From an uncultured Chloroflexia bacterium (GTDB taxonomy: Bacteria; Chloroflexota; Anaerolineae; CG2-30-64-16): 64,000 nucleotides of DNA. Location of the stretch: positions 896,001 to 960,000 of the forward strand of contig CAVZDU010000001.1 of NCBI GenBank assembly GCA_963774265.1. Reading direction: 5' to 3'. A program made the translations under genes and the position numbers. Shown here piece by piece: positions 30,816 to 40,544 of the stretch (positions within the stretch are counted from its first letter, which is position 1; each line of letters begins with the position of its first letter). The notes beneath the pieces were generated by a model, which was given only the letters and a program-made list of their open reading frames with translations, did no database searches and was not told the DNA's origin.

Positions 30816-33800
30816 CTACGCGCGCTCTAGCGCTGCGACGAGCTCGTCCACCCGAATCGGCTTGGCGAGGTAATCGTCCATCCCCGCCTCCAGACATAGC
30901 TCCCGGTCCCCGTGCATGGCGTTCGCCGTCATGGCAACGATGCGAGGGCGTTCGCCGCGCGGCCAGCGAGCACAGATCCGTTGGGTAGCCTCCAGTCCGT
31001 CCATCTCGGGCATCTGCACATCCATAAGCACGACATCGTAGGGCTGACGCTCGATTGCCTGGATGGCCTCTATACCGTTGCCAGCCACGTCCGCGCTGTA
31101 GCCCATCTGCGAGAGCAGGCGCAGCGCCAGCTTCTGGTTCACCGCGTTGTCCTCGGCCAGCAATATGCGCAGCGGATGCTCTGCCGCCAGATTGGCGCCC
31201 GCACGCGGTTGCTCGGCCGGCACGCGCACCGGGCGCTGCGGCTGTTGCGTCAGCACGTTCATCAGCGTGTTGAACAGCGCCGACGGCCGGATTGGCTTAG
31301 CCAGGTAAGCTGTGAACAAGGTCGTGTCACCGACCGCCTCCCGCTCGCCTATGGATGATGCCAGAATCAGAGGCAGCGGAGGCCGAGTTGCAGTTTTTCC
31401 ACCTTCAGCCTGGAGGGCCCGGATTGCGGCCGCCAGCTCGACGCCGGTCAAATCCGGCATCGCCATATCAAGGATGGCTACATCGAAGGTATCCCCGCGG
31501 CGGAGCCACGCCAGCGCCTCGCGCGGTGATCCGGTGTTGCGCGGCGTCATTCCCCAGCCGCGCGCTTGCATGACCAGAATGCGCCGATTGGTGGCGTTGT
31601 CATCCACGATCAGCAGGTGCCTGCCAGCCAGGTCCCGCTGCTCGCAGCGAAGGTGCGGACGAGCCGTCGTCTCAGGTGCAGCCTGCGTCTCGATGACGAA
31701 ACGGAACGTCGAGCCCTCACCGGCGCCCGTGCTCTCGGCCCACATCTTCCCACTCATCATCTCGACCAACCGCTTGCTCACAGCCAGCCCCAGGCCTGTG
31801 CCACCGTATTTGCGCGATGTCGAAGTGTCGACCTGGCTGAACGCCTGGAACAACCGATCCAGCCCATCCTGGGGGATTCCGATGCCGGTGTCGCGCACAC
31901 TAACATGCAGACGAATGCGTTCCGGCGGACAGGGTGCGATCTGGATCTCGTCTGCCGTAGCCTGGTCCAGCATCTCGAAGACTAACACCACCTCTCCTTG
32001 TTCTGTGAACTTGACCGCGTTGCCCAGCAGATTGACCATGATCTGGCGGACCCGGGTGACATCCCCGATGATCGCACCTGGGACCTCGGGCGCGACCTCG
32101 TAGGCCAGCTCCAATCCCTTCTCGGCTGCCTTCACCCGCAAAAGATCCATGGCCGATTCCACGCATTCACGCGGGTCAAAGGGCTGCTCCTCCAGCGCCA
32201 TCTTGCCGGCCTCGATCTTGGAAAAGTCGAGGATGTCGTTGATGATCGTCAGGAGGTTATCGCTGCTGATCCGGATGGTCTCTGCGAAATCGCGCTGTTC
32301 AGTGTCCAGCTCCGTGTTCATTAATAGCCCGCTCATGCCGATGATGGCGTTCATCGGCGTGCGGATCTCATGGCTCATCATAGCCAGAAAGGCGCTCTTG
32401 GCCTGGGTCGCCGCCTCCGCCGCCTCCTTGGCCTGATGCAGCTCGGCGAACAAACGCGCGTTCTCGACCGCCACCGCGGCTTGCCGCGCCAGCCCGACCA
32501 GGAAGTCCAGATCCACCTTGGTGAACAACCCTTTTCGCCGATCCCGGTAGACCGAGAGCAAACCGACGGTCCGTCCCTGAGCGATCAGGGGCGCGATCAT
32601 CAGGGTCTCCGGCGACTCTTCCACTTCCGGCGTGCCTTCGACGTGAACGCCGCGCGGATCAGCATCCGGGTTGTCGATCACCTCGGCGAGGCCGGTCTGG
32701 GCGATGCTGCCGTGGATGCCGCGGTTCAACTCGATCACGTCGGACTTGAACTGCTCCGCATACAGGCCTAACGCCACGGTCGTGTGAAAGGTCTGACCAT
32801 CGGGCGCGGCCAGCCGCAAGATGGTATCCTGTGCGTCGAAGAGTCGGTACACGTGGGCGGCGATGTTGCCGAGCACGGTCTCCAACTGCAACGTCGCCGA
32901 CACCTCGCGGCCCACTTCGGCAATGGCTGCCATCTGGCTGGCACGACGCTGGGTTTCCTGGTAGAGCCGGGCATTCTGGATAGCCGTGCCCACATTGGCC
33001 GCGATGGTGTTCAGCAAGCGAGCGTCCTGGTCGCCGAAGCGGTCCTCATGCTGGGTGCTCTGCACGCTGATGACGCCCAGGGCAAGTTTGCCGACGGTGA
33101 TAGGCACGCCCAGATATGACTTGACTGGCAGACCAACCACAGGTGCACCCAACTCGGCAGAGCGGATCGCCACGTCCCGATTAATGAGCACTGGCTCTCT
33201 TGTACGGATGATGCGCGAGGTGAGCCCCAGCCCGAATGGAATCGGAGCCATCTCTTCGCCGAACGCATAGGGGAAGCGGACGAGGTCTACCTGGGGGTCG
33301 TGGAGTGCGACGTAGACGATGTCCGCCGCGAAGGTTTGGCGCACCTGTTCCCCCACCAGGCGAATCAGGGTGTCCAGCTCCAGCTCGGACGTGAGCGCCT
33401 GGCTGATGCGGTTAACTGTGGACAGCTCCGCGGTGCGCCGCTCACTCTCGGCCAGCAGCCGCCTCGTCTCCTCAAAGAGTCGCGCGTTTTCGATGGCCAC
33501 GCCCATATTTGATGCGAGCGTCGAGAGCAGCCGAACGCTGACCTTGTCGTAGGCGTTTTGGCGGTAGCTCTGCACGCTCGCCACGCCGATGACGTGGGCG
33601 CCGACCACGATCGGCACGCCAAGATAGGATTGGACGATCTCCTCGTCTGGCGCATCCACAAAGTATAGAGCGCCCGCGTCGCGTTGCTCTTTCAACGTAG
33701 CGAGGAGCAGCGGCTCGCGCGTGCGGATAACGATGGAAGTTAGACCCTGGCCCAGCGGGAACGGCGGGCCAATTGGCACATACTCCCGATCGTACTCGTA

Positions 33801-34058
33801 CACGACCCGAAGCAGTGCGCACTCAGCGTCATACAGGATGATGTTCGCGACCTCTGTCTGGAAGATATCGCGAACTTTATCCCCGACGATGCGAACGATG
33901 GTGTCCACGTCGAGTTGGCTCGCCATGGCCTCGCCCACGCTGTTGATGATCGCCAGCTCGGCGCTCCGCCGCGCCAGGTCGTCGTTGGCGGCCTGAAGCT
34001 CGGCTGTGCACTGCTCGATACGGCGTTCCAGCGCCGCGACAACTGCGACGTATTCCAA
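30816..34058 (-). CDS. Cytoplasmic hybrid histidine kinase: 3xGAF-HisKA-HATPase-REC-REC
   Basis: Three GAF repeats ending in (A)I/VENARL or IQNARL; MSHEIRTP; two REC domains; TTG start uncertain. Confidence 0.9.
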   Translation of the reverse strand: MEYVAVVAALERRIEQCTAELQAANDDLARRSAELAIINSVGEAMASQLDVDTIVRIVGDKVRDIFQTEVANIILYDAECALLRVVYEYDREYVPIGPPFPLGQGLTSIVIRTREPLLLATLKEQRDAGALYFVDAPDEEIVQSYLGVPIVVGAHVIGVASVQSYRQNAYDKVSVRLLSTLASNMGVAIENARLFEETRRLLAESERRTAELSTVNRISQALTSELELDTLIRLVGEQVRQTFAADIVYVALHDPQVDLVRFPYAFGEEMAPIPFGLGLTSRIIRTREPVLINRDVAIRSAELGAPVVGLPVKSYLGVPITVGKLALGVISVQSTQHEDRFGDQDARLLNTIAANVGTAIQNARLYQETQRRASQMAAIAEVGREVSATLQLETVLGNIAAHVYRLFDAQDTILRLAAPDGQTFHTTVALGLYAEQFKSDVIELNRGIHGSIAQTGLAEVIDNPDADPRGVHVEGTPEVEESPETLMIAPLIAQGRTVGLLSVYRDRRKGLFTKVDLDFLVGLARQAAVAVENARLFAELHQAKEAAEAATQAKSAFLAMMSHEIRTPMNAIIGMSGLLMNTELDTEQRDFAETIRISSDNLLTIINDILDFSKIEAGKMALEEQPFDPRECVESAMDLLRVKAAEKGLELAYEVAPEVPGAIIGDVTRVRQIMVNLLGNAVKFTEQGEVVLVFEMLDQATADEIQIAPCPPERIRLHVSVRDTGIGIPQDGLDRLFQAFSQVDTSTSRKYGGTGLGLAVSKRLVEMMSGKMWAESTGAGEGSTFRFVIETQAAPETTARPHLRCEQRDLAGRHLLIVDDNATNRRILVMQARGWGMTPRNTGSPREALAWLRRGDTFDVAILDMAMPDLTGVELAAAIRALQAEGGKTATRPPLPLILASSIGEREAVGDTTLFTAYLAKPIRPSALFNTLMNVLTQQPQRPVRVPAEQPRAGANLAAEHPLRILLAEDNAVNQKLALRLLSQMGYSADVAGNGIEAIQAIERQPYDVVLMDVQMPEMDGLEATQRICARWPRGERPRIVAMTANAMHGDRELCLEAGMDDYLAKPIRVDELVAALERA

Positions 34059-34097
34059 TGCTTCTAGGTCGCGAAGGAGTCCTTCATCGCATGTCTT

Positions 34098-35361
34098 TCA
34101 GGATGCCCGTATCGCCACTAGTGCCACGTCGTCTGCCTGCACCGCTGTGCCCCGGTGGGCTGCCAGCTCTCGCCAGATTTCGTCACACAGGCGCTGCGCC
34201 GTGCAGCGATGCCCTGCCGCACATGCTGCTGCCTGTAGGCGCTCTATTCCAAACAGGTCTTCGGTAGAATCGGTCATATCCGTCGCGCCGTCTGTGTATA
34301 ACAGGAGGGCGTTGCCTGGCGACAGCGAAACAGTCTGTTCATCCAGGGTGATGTTGTCGAACAGTCCCAACGGTACGCCTTGTCCATGCGCCGCAAGACG
34401 TGCGCTGCCGTCCGCTTCCAGTAGTAGGGGTAGTTCGTGTCCGGCGCGTGCGTAGGCAAAGGTGTGCTGTTGTGAGTCGAGGACACCATAGAGCAGTGTG
34501 ACAAACATCCCCTCATCGTTCATGTCCAGGAGCAAGCGATTAACACGCTCCAGAACCTGGCGCGGCGATGCGGCGCGCGGCCATGCGGCGCGTGTCGCTT
34601 CCGCGCGCAACAGGCTGCGCGTCAATGCCATAAAGATCGCGGCCGGCACACCTTTGTCCGAGACATCCCCGACCGCAACGCCCAGCTTGCCTTTGCCCAG
34701 CGAAATGAAGTCGTACAGGTCACCCCCGACCGCCCGGGCAGGGATGAAGCACGCCCCAAAGTCGTATCCGGGTAGGCGTGGGAGCTCGGTAGGGAGGATG
34801 CTCTGCTGAATGCGCTGGGCCGTGCGCAGTTCCTGCTCCAGCCGCTCTTTTACGATCAGCTGCGCTTGTGCAGCTTTCAAGTCTGAATACGCCTGACTCA
34901 GCTCTTGATTCTTGGCGCGGCAGATCAACAATCGTGGCGTTTAGGGAATCGCGGAGGCGAAGGCTGAGCACTCGCATCATCTCCAGCGCGAGCGTGGGGC
35001 GCTTTTGGAGGAGGCGGTCGAAGTCAGCCCGGCTGAGGGAGAGGAGCCGTACCGGCGATCTGGTGCGTACGGTGGCGGTCCGCAGGCCATCAGGGTCGAG
35101 CAAGCCCATTTCGCCGAAAAACTCCCCCGGCCCCCGCACTGCGATAAGGAAATCTCGCCCGCTCTCGAGCGCTTTACCAACTTCTACCTGACCTTCTACA
35201 ACCACGTAGAAGCGGTCACCTGCCTCGCCCTCCGAAAAGAGTGTATGCCCGGCCGGAAAAACGTTGTCCTCCAGCACTTCCGCGAGGTAGCTTGCCTCAG
35301 CAACCCCAATCTCGGTGAAGATCGGGATGCTTTCGAGGTGAGTCAAGGTGTCGGCGTGCAT
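34098..35361 (-). CDS. cNMP-binding domain + SpoIIE/PP2C phosphatase (frameshift near 34920)
   Basis: FFGEMGLL..LRTAT CNB; VGGDLYD, GDVSDKG, YTDG and DDVAL PP2C motifs. Confidence 0.85.
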
Positions 35362-35456
35362 TGCCGTGCCCCCTGCACTGATCCGGGTAGCCCGATGCGG
35401 ACCACCCGATGCGGGTATAGCGATCGGTGATATGAAGTTGACGTACGCTGCGAGAA

Positions 35457-35789
35457 CTAGAAGCTCCCGACGGCTTCAGTGTCGGAAGGATAGATCTTGA
35501 AGTGGATATTCAGGCTGGTTAGTTCAAGCACCCGTTGAACAGCCTCGGAGAGTTCTGAGAGGCGCAAATCTCCCCGGCTCTTCCGGCAGGTGCTCAGTGT
35601 CGCGATCAGGACGCGCAGGGCGCCGCTGCTGATGAAGGTCACGTCGGCCATGTTGATGATCAACCGGTGGTGGCCGGCGCTCGTGAGGGCTTCCAGTTTC
35701 TGCTGGAGTTCAGGGGCCACGCTGCTATCGATGCGGCCGCCCAGGTCGACCAAACTGGAGCGTTTGAATTCGGTCACGATGAAATCCAT
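35457..35789 (-). CDS. STAS anti-sigma-factor antagonist
   Basis: GRIDS..V.FISSGAL..GDLRL; conserved phospho-acceptor Ser region. Confidence 0.9.
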   Translation of the reverse strand: MDFIVTEFKRSSLVDLGGRIDSSVAPELQQKLEALTSAGHHRLIINMADVTFISSGALRVLIATLSTCRKSRGDLRLSELSEAVQRVLELTSLNIHFKIYPSDTEAVGSF

Positions 35790-35858
35790 GAGCACCTCCT
35801 TCTGCGGCGCAGACGCCGGCGACTTCGGCCGGATTTGGGTGGTGTGTGCAGGTGACTG

Positions 35859-35887
35859 ATTCTAGCATCCCGGTATGGGAACGTCAA
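35859..35887 (-). promoter_or_regulatory. Sigma70-type promoter heading the signalling cluster
   Basis: TTGACG-17bp-TAGAAT with extended TG on the minus strand. Confidence 0.65.
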
Positions 35888-35989
35888 TAGTTTACGCGAT
35901 TGCGCCACTTCTGGCGCCGTTGACCCTCGATTTCTCGTGTGCTATAGTTGGCACGGTGAAAGCAATGATTCTCGTTGGAAGGAGTGGCC

Positions 35990-36859
35990 ATGGAAAATCT
36001 CGTTCCGCACTTTCTGGAGCTGATCCGCCGGGCGGCCACTGATCTGCCGGCCGACATCGAGGCCGCTCTGCGCCGGGCGCGCGAGGTGGAAGACGCCGGC
36101 TCTGCGGCCCAAACCACCTTCGACGCCATCCTCGAAAACGTGCGGATGTCCCGCGCCGGCTCGACGCCGATCTGCCAGGACACCGGCACGCCGATCTTCT
36201 ACGTCTATTACCCGACCGGCTGGTCGACCCTGGCGCTCAAGAAGCAGATTCGCGAGGCGGTCGCCGAGGCGACGGCGAAGTCGTACCTGCGGCCCAACTC
36301 GGTCGACACCCTGACCGGCAAGAACACCGGCAACAACCTGGGCGACGATTTCCCCTACTTCCATTTCGAGGAGTGGGAGGAGCCATATCTCAAGGTCGAT
36401 CTGATGCTCAAGGGCGGCGGCTGCGAGAACGTTGGCGCGCAGTACAGCCTGCCCGACACCCGGCTTGAGCGCCAATCGCGACCTGGAGGGCGTGCGCCGC
36501 GCGGTGCTCGATGCGGTGCAGCAGGCCCAGGGTATGGGGTGTGCGCCCGCGGTCATCGGCGTCGCGGTCGGCGGCGACCGGGGTTCGAGCTATATCAAGT
36601 CCAAGGAGCAGTTCTATCGCCCGCTGGACGACGAGAACCCGATCCGAGGCTCGCGGCGCTGGAGAAGCGCCTGACGCGCGAGGCCAACACGCTCGGCATC
36701 GGCCCGATGGGCTTCGGCGGCAAGACGACGGTGCTGTCGGTGAAGATCGACTCGCTGGAACGTCTCCCCGCCAGCTATTTCGTTACGGCTTCCTATATGT
36801 GCTGGGCTGACCGCCGCCGGACGTTGATGTATCGCGACGGCCAGGTGACGATTGAGTGA
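35990..36859 (+). CDS. Fe-S hydro-lyase (fumarate hydratase class I) alpha subunit (internal compensating frameshifts)
   Basis: PICQDTG, LRPNSV, KGGGCEN, GIGPMGFGGKTT, CWADRR. Confidence 0.88.
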   Translation: MENLVPHFLELIRRAATDLPADIEAALRRAREVEDAGSAAQTTFDAILENVRMSRAGSTPICQDTGTPIFYVYYPTGWSTLALKKQIREAVAEATAKSYLRPNSVDTLTGKNTGNNLGDDFPYFHFEEWEEPYLKVDLMLKGGGCENVGAQYSLPDTRLERQSRPGGRAPRGARCGAAGPGYGVCARGHRRRGRRRPGFELYQVQGAVLSPAGRREPDPRLAALEKRLTREANTLGIGPMGFGGKTTVLSVKIDSLERLPASYFVTASYMCWADRRRTLMYRDGQVTIE

Positions 36860-36867
36860 GGTGGCTG

Positions 36868-37490
36868 ATGGCTGTCTATGATCTGCAAATCCCGATCAGC
36901 GAAGAAGCGATTCGCACGCTGCACGTCGGCGACCAGGTGCGGCTGTACGGTCTGATGGTGACCGCGCGCGACGCGGCGCATAAGTATCATGAAGGACACC
37001 TTCTTTCAGGGGCCCGAAATCCCGGAAAGCGACCGCGTGACCCACGATGAACTTGCGCGCCTCTGGCGCGGTGGGGTCATGTACCACTGCGGCCCAGTGG
37101 TGAGCCGGAGTGAGGATGGTCGTTGGCATTTCGTCTCCGCCGGCCCCACGACCAGCATTCGTGAGGAGCCCTACGAGGCGGATGTGATCGCGACACTTCG
37201 GCCTGCGGGCCGTTATCGGCAAGGGTGGTATGGGGCCCAAGACGCTTGCTGCGTGCCAGCAGTACGGTGCTGTGTACCTGCACGCAGTTGGCGGCGCCGC
37301 TACGCTCATCGCCAGCCATGTCAAGGAAGTTGTCGATGTGTTCAAGAAGGACGAACTCGGTGTGCCGGAGGCGTTCTGGGTGGTGCGCGTCGAAGGTTTT
37401 CCGGTCGTGGTGACGATGGACTCGCACGGCGTGAGCCTGCATGAGAAGCTGCTGGAGGAATCGCGCGAGAAGCTGAACGCTCTCCTCTAG
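36868..37490 (+). CDS. Fe-S hydro-lyase (fumarate hydratase class I) beta subunit (frameshifted)
   Basis: TARDAAH, YHCGPV, AGPTTSIRE, LGVPEA, MDSHG across frames. Confidence 0.85.
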
Positions 37491-37678
37491 ATCATGCCCG
37501 GCAGTTTGTCCGGGTCGCCACAGTGACGGCGCTCGATTTCCAGGACCTTACGGCGCAACCGTCGGATGAAGTCGAGCGCCGCCGCCTCATCTTCGTCCTG
37601 CGCGATCATTTTCAACTCGACCACCTCTTCTGCGCTCAGCGAAATCCCCAACCCGAATTGCTTGCCACTGCTTGCCAT
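37487..37678 (-). CDS. Small hypothetical protein
   Basis: 63-aa ORF with protein-like composition and a plausible RBS. Confidence 0.45.
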   Translation of the reverse strand: MASSGKQFGLGISLSAEEVVELKMIAQDEDEAAALDFIRRLRRKVLEIERRHCGDPDKLPGMI

Positions 37679-37823
37679 AGAAATTCCGCTCCGTCATTTG
37701 ATTCTTGTGTGCCCCATAGTATACTATGCTGACTCCTTACAAGACCAGCTGATGCTGATGTTACGGAAGCGGGAGGAAGATATCCCTGGCACACCGCAGA
37801 ATAATGGGAAGAGGAGAGGCACG

Positions 37824-38216
37824 ATGGGTTTGTTCAAGCGTCTAATGGGTGGCGACAAGGAAGAAGTGTCTGTGGAAGGCGGCGAGCCGACCGCTGCGCC
37901 GCGCCATTTGACCGGTGACGAGTTTGACCAGGTGATCTCACAGAGCGAGACGCCGGTCATGGTCGATTTTTGGGCGGAGTGGTGCGGACCATGCCATGCC
38001 ATCGCGCCGTCGGTCGCCAAGATTGCTGTAGAATTCGACGGCCGAGCCGTGGTGGCGAAGCTTAACGCGGACGATTATCCTGACATCCTTGGCCGATATG
38101 GTATCATGGGGATCCCAACCTTGATTTACTTCAAGGGTGGCGAGGAGGTCGACCGGGTGGTGGGTGTGACCCCCTACGGTGCGCTCAAGGGCAAGTTGGA
38201 GCGGCTGCTCGCGTAG
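37824..38216 (+). CDS. trxA: Thioredoxin
   Basis: DFWAEWCGPC active site; GIPTL. Confidence 0.93.
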   Translation: MGLFKRLMGGDKEEVSVEGGEPTAAPRHLTGDEFDQVISQSETPVMVDFWAEWCGPCHAIAPSVAKIAVEFDGRAVVAKLNADDYPDILGRYGIMGIPTLIYFKGGEEVDRVVGVTPYGALKGKLERLLA

Positions 38217-38242
38217 GCTGAGCAAAACACAGTCGGCGGTCG

Positions 38243-38278
38243 GACCCGGGAGGCCCCTGAGCCTTTCGGGTCTTTTTT
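38243..38278 (+). terminator. Rho-independent terminator
   Basis: GACCCGGGAGGC/GCCTTTCGGGTC stem followed by a T-run. Confidence 0.75.
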
Positions 38279-38349
38279 CGTAACGTGAGGCGCATCTTCT
38301 GCATCGAAAGGAGCAGCATACGGCTACCGTATACAGCACCGAAGCGGAT

Positions 38350-38916
38350 TTGATCGCAGCTGCGCAGGCCGGCCAGCAGGAAGCGTACACCGAGATCGTG
38401 GAGCGGCACTCTGCGACGGTTTACAACCTGGCGCTGCGGCTGATGAAGGACCCGCACGATGCCGAAGAAGTCTTGCAGGAGACGTTCATCAGCGCGTTTC
38501 GGGCGTTGCCCAAATTCGAGGGCCGGAGCCAGTTGGGCACGTGGCTCTACCGCATCGGCTACAACGCGGCGCTCATGCGGCTGCGCAAACGGCAGCCGCC
38601 GACCGAGTCGCTTGACGAGCCGGTTACGACCGAAGATGGCGATCAGATGCCGCGGCAACTCGTCGATTGGGGATCGGTGCCGGATGACTTGTTGCTCAAC
38701 CGGGAGCTGCGGACGGTGCTCAACGCAGCTCTGGAGACGCTGCCGGCGAAGTTGAAGACGGTCTTTGTGCTGCGGGACATCGAGGGCCTGTCGACGGCCG
38801 AAACAGCCGAGGTCCTCGGTCTGACAGAGACCAACGTGAAGGTGCGCCTGCATCGAGCGCGGGTGGCCCTGCGCGAGCGCCTCACCGGATACTTCGCGAC
38901 GCCGCAGGCAGCGTGA
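38350..38916 (+). CDS. ECF sigma-70 factor
   Basis: DAEEVLQETF, TWLYRI, EGLSTAETAEVLG..VKVRLHRAR; start uncertain. Confidence 0.92.
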   Translation: MIAAAQAGQQEAYTEIVERHSATVYNLALRLMKDPHDAEEVLQETFISAFRALPKFEGRSQLGTWLYRIGYNAALMRLRKRQPPTESLDEPVTTEDGDQMPRQLVDWGSVPDDLLLNRELRTVLNAALETLPAKLKTVFVLRDIEGLSTAETAEVLGLTETNVKVRLHRARVALRERLTGYFATPQAA

Positions 38917-38938
38917 TTGAGATTGGAGGAGACGGACG

Positions 38939-39178
38939 TTGTTGTGCAAAGAGATGTTGGGGAAGCTTTCTGACTACATCGACGGCGAGCTGGAAGCAGA
39001 GCTGTGTGCAAAGATCGAGCATCACGTTGCTGAGTGCACCAACTGCAACATCGTTGTCGACACGCTGCGCAGAACCGTAACCCTGTATCATGACCACGGT
39101 CACGAGGCGTTGCCAGAAGATGTGAAACAGCGGCTCCTTGCCGCGCTTGACCTGGGACCGAACGTCGATTTGCGTTAA
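38939..39178 (+). CDS. Zinc-binding anti-sigma factor (zf-HC2)
   Basis: C..LSDYIDGEL..HxxxCxxC; directly downstream of the ECF sigma gene. Confidence 0.88.
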   Translation: MLCKEMLGKLSDYIDGELEAELCAKIEHHVAECTNCNIVVDTLRRTVTLYHDHGHEALPEDVKQRLLAALDLGPNVDLR

Positions 39179-39209
39179 CCGTCTGCCCTGCATATAATGA
39201 CGAACGTTC

Positions 39210-39283
39210 GGGCGGTTAGCTCAGTTGGCTAGAGCGCAGCGTTGACATCGCTGAGGTCAGAGGTTCAAGCCCTCTACCGCCCA
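39210..39283 (+). tRNA. tRNA-Val(GAC)
   Basis: Cloverleaf; anticodon stem CAGCG-TTGACAT-CGCTG; GGTTCAA T-arm; CCA not encoded. Confidence 0.93.
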
Positions 39284-39294
39284 CTCAAATAGCC

Positions 39295-39533
39295 AAAGCG
39301 ACGATCGGGACGAGTAGGTGACGCGCGACGTCAGAGAGGGCGGGACGATGGCTGGAAGCCTGCCTCGCACAGCATCACCGAAGACCCCCCGGGAGCGGAG
39401 CCCAGAATGGTGAGTAAGGGTTCCCGGATGGCACCGTTACAGGCCCGTTGAGATGGCGCACGACTACTGTGGGTGCGCTAACTTGGGTGGAACCGCGAGG
39501 CCCCTCGCCCCAACGGCGAAGGGGCTTTTCATT
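39295..39533 (+). promoter_or_regulatory. T-box riboswitch, probable Thr (ACC) specifier, with terminator
   Basis: AGTA, AGAGA, GCTG and GAA-G-ACC stem I elements; T-box AACTTGGGTGGAACCGCG; GCCCCTCGCC/GGCGAAGGGGC-TTTT terminator. Confidence 0.88.
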
Positions 39534-39551
39534 TAATCCGTTTGGTGCGGC

Positions 39552-40031
39552 TCAGAGCCAGTCGATCAGTCGCCCTACTGCGTCTCGACGTTCGCCAGAT
39601 TGATCGGCCCAGGCAGGGGGACGGTCACCTGGGGCGTATCGTTGGGCATAACGAGCGTTGTCAGGGTTGTACAGGGATCCGTCGAGGCACATGCCGCGAC
39701 GCATAATCAGGTATTCGGCCCAATTGGCCTGTCGTTCCTTAACAGATAGGATGAAATGTTCACCCGTGACGCGCCGGCCCCAGGCGACGATGCCATAGTG
39801 ACGCAGAAGTGCCTCCACGTCTGCGCCAGACCACCCCGCGTCCCGGCGAATGCGGAACGTCCAACTGCCCGCACCGACTGCGGTGCGGGCGGCTTCGGCA
39901 ACCAGCCCGACCCCCGCGGGACCTTTTGCGGCGCCTTTCCAGTTCGCGTGAATGAACGACGAGAAGACGCCTTCCAGGCGATCGATCCAGTTGAAAGTAT
40001 CGAGAAAATCGTCTAAACTCATGGTGGTCAT
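39552..40031 (-). CDS. Hypothetical protein
   Basis: ORF with AAGGAG RBS; no recognised motif. Confidence 0.6.
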   Translation of the reverse strand: MTTMSLDDFLDTFNWIDRLEGVFSSFIHANWKGAAKGPAGVGLVAEAARTAVGAGSWTFRIRRDAGWSGADVEALLRHYGIVAWGRRVTGEHFILSVKERQANWAEYLIMRRGMCLDGSLYNPDNARYAQRYAPGDRPPAWADQSGERRDAVGRLIDWL

Positions 40032-40162
40032 CTCCTTTCGCACCCACGTAAGGGTGCGAAACCTAGAATAGCACAAGCGTGCACGCTCGTCAAGTGGCAC
40101 CGAACGAGCGTTCACTTTTCTCCGTGATGTAGCCAGCTTTCAGTCTCGCGAGGAGGCGCGCT

Positions 40163-40510
40163 ATGGAGGAACTCCGCTGGTTCTTGGGTGGGCTGTTGGA
40201 GTTGGTGCGGGCATACGTTCTAGGGTGGGCGCGCGCCGGGGAGGTAGTAGGCGAGGAGTTCGGATGGGCCCTTCCGCCGGTTGTTGCCCAGCTTATTGGA
40301 GTTCTTTTTGGAGTGGCCATTCTGGTTGCATTCATGAATCGGGTTTTCAAGTGGGCCCCGAAAGGTAATCAACCTCAGGCGTTTCCACTTAAGACGGCGG
40401 AGACGCCAGCGCAGATCATGTCCAAGGATCGCGACGGTTTCTTGGGGTTGTTGGTGAAGATCGTTTTCTTGGGAGTGGTATTGGCACTCATCATCTCGGT
40501 GCGTCAATAG
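40163..40510 (+). CDS. Hypothetical membrane protein (2 TM)
   Basis: GAGGAGG RBS; two hydrophobic segments. Confidence 0.65.
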   Translation: MEELRWFLGGLLELVRAYVLGWARAGEVVGEEFGWALPPVVAQLIGVLFGVAILVAFMNRVFKWAPKGNQPQAFPLKTAETPAQIMSKDRDGFLGLLVKIVFLGVVLALIISVRQ

Positions 40511-40544
40511 GGGCGTCGAGATTAGTTACAGTAAGGAGGCCAAC

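Noticed and set aside
39210-40510. Genomic island integrated at tRNA-Val
   Set aside because: No integrase and no duplicated tRNA 3' end were found in the window.
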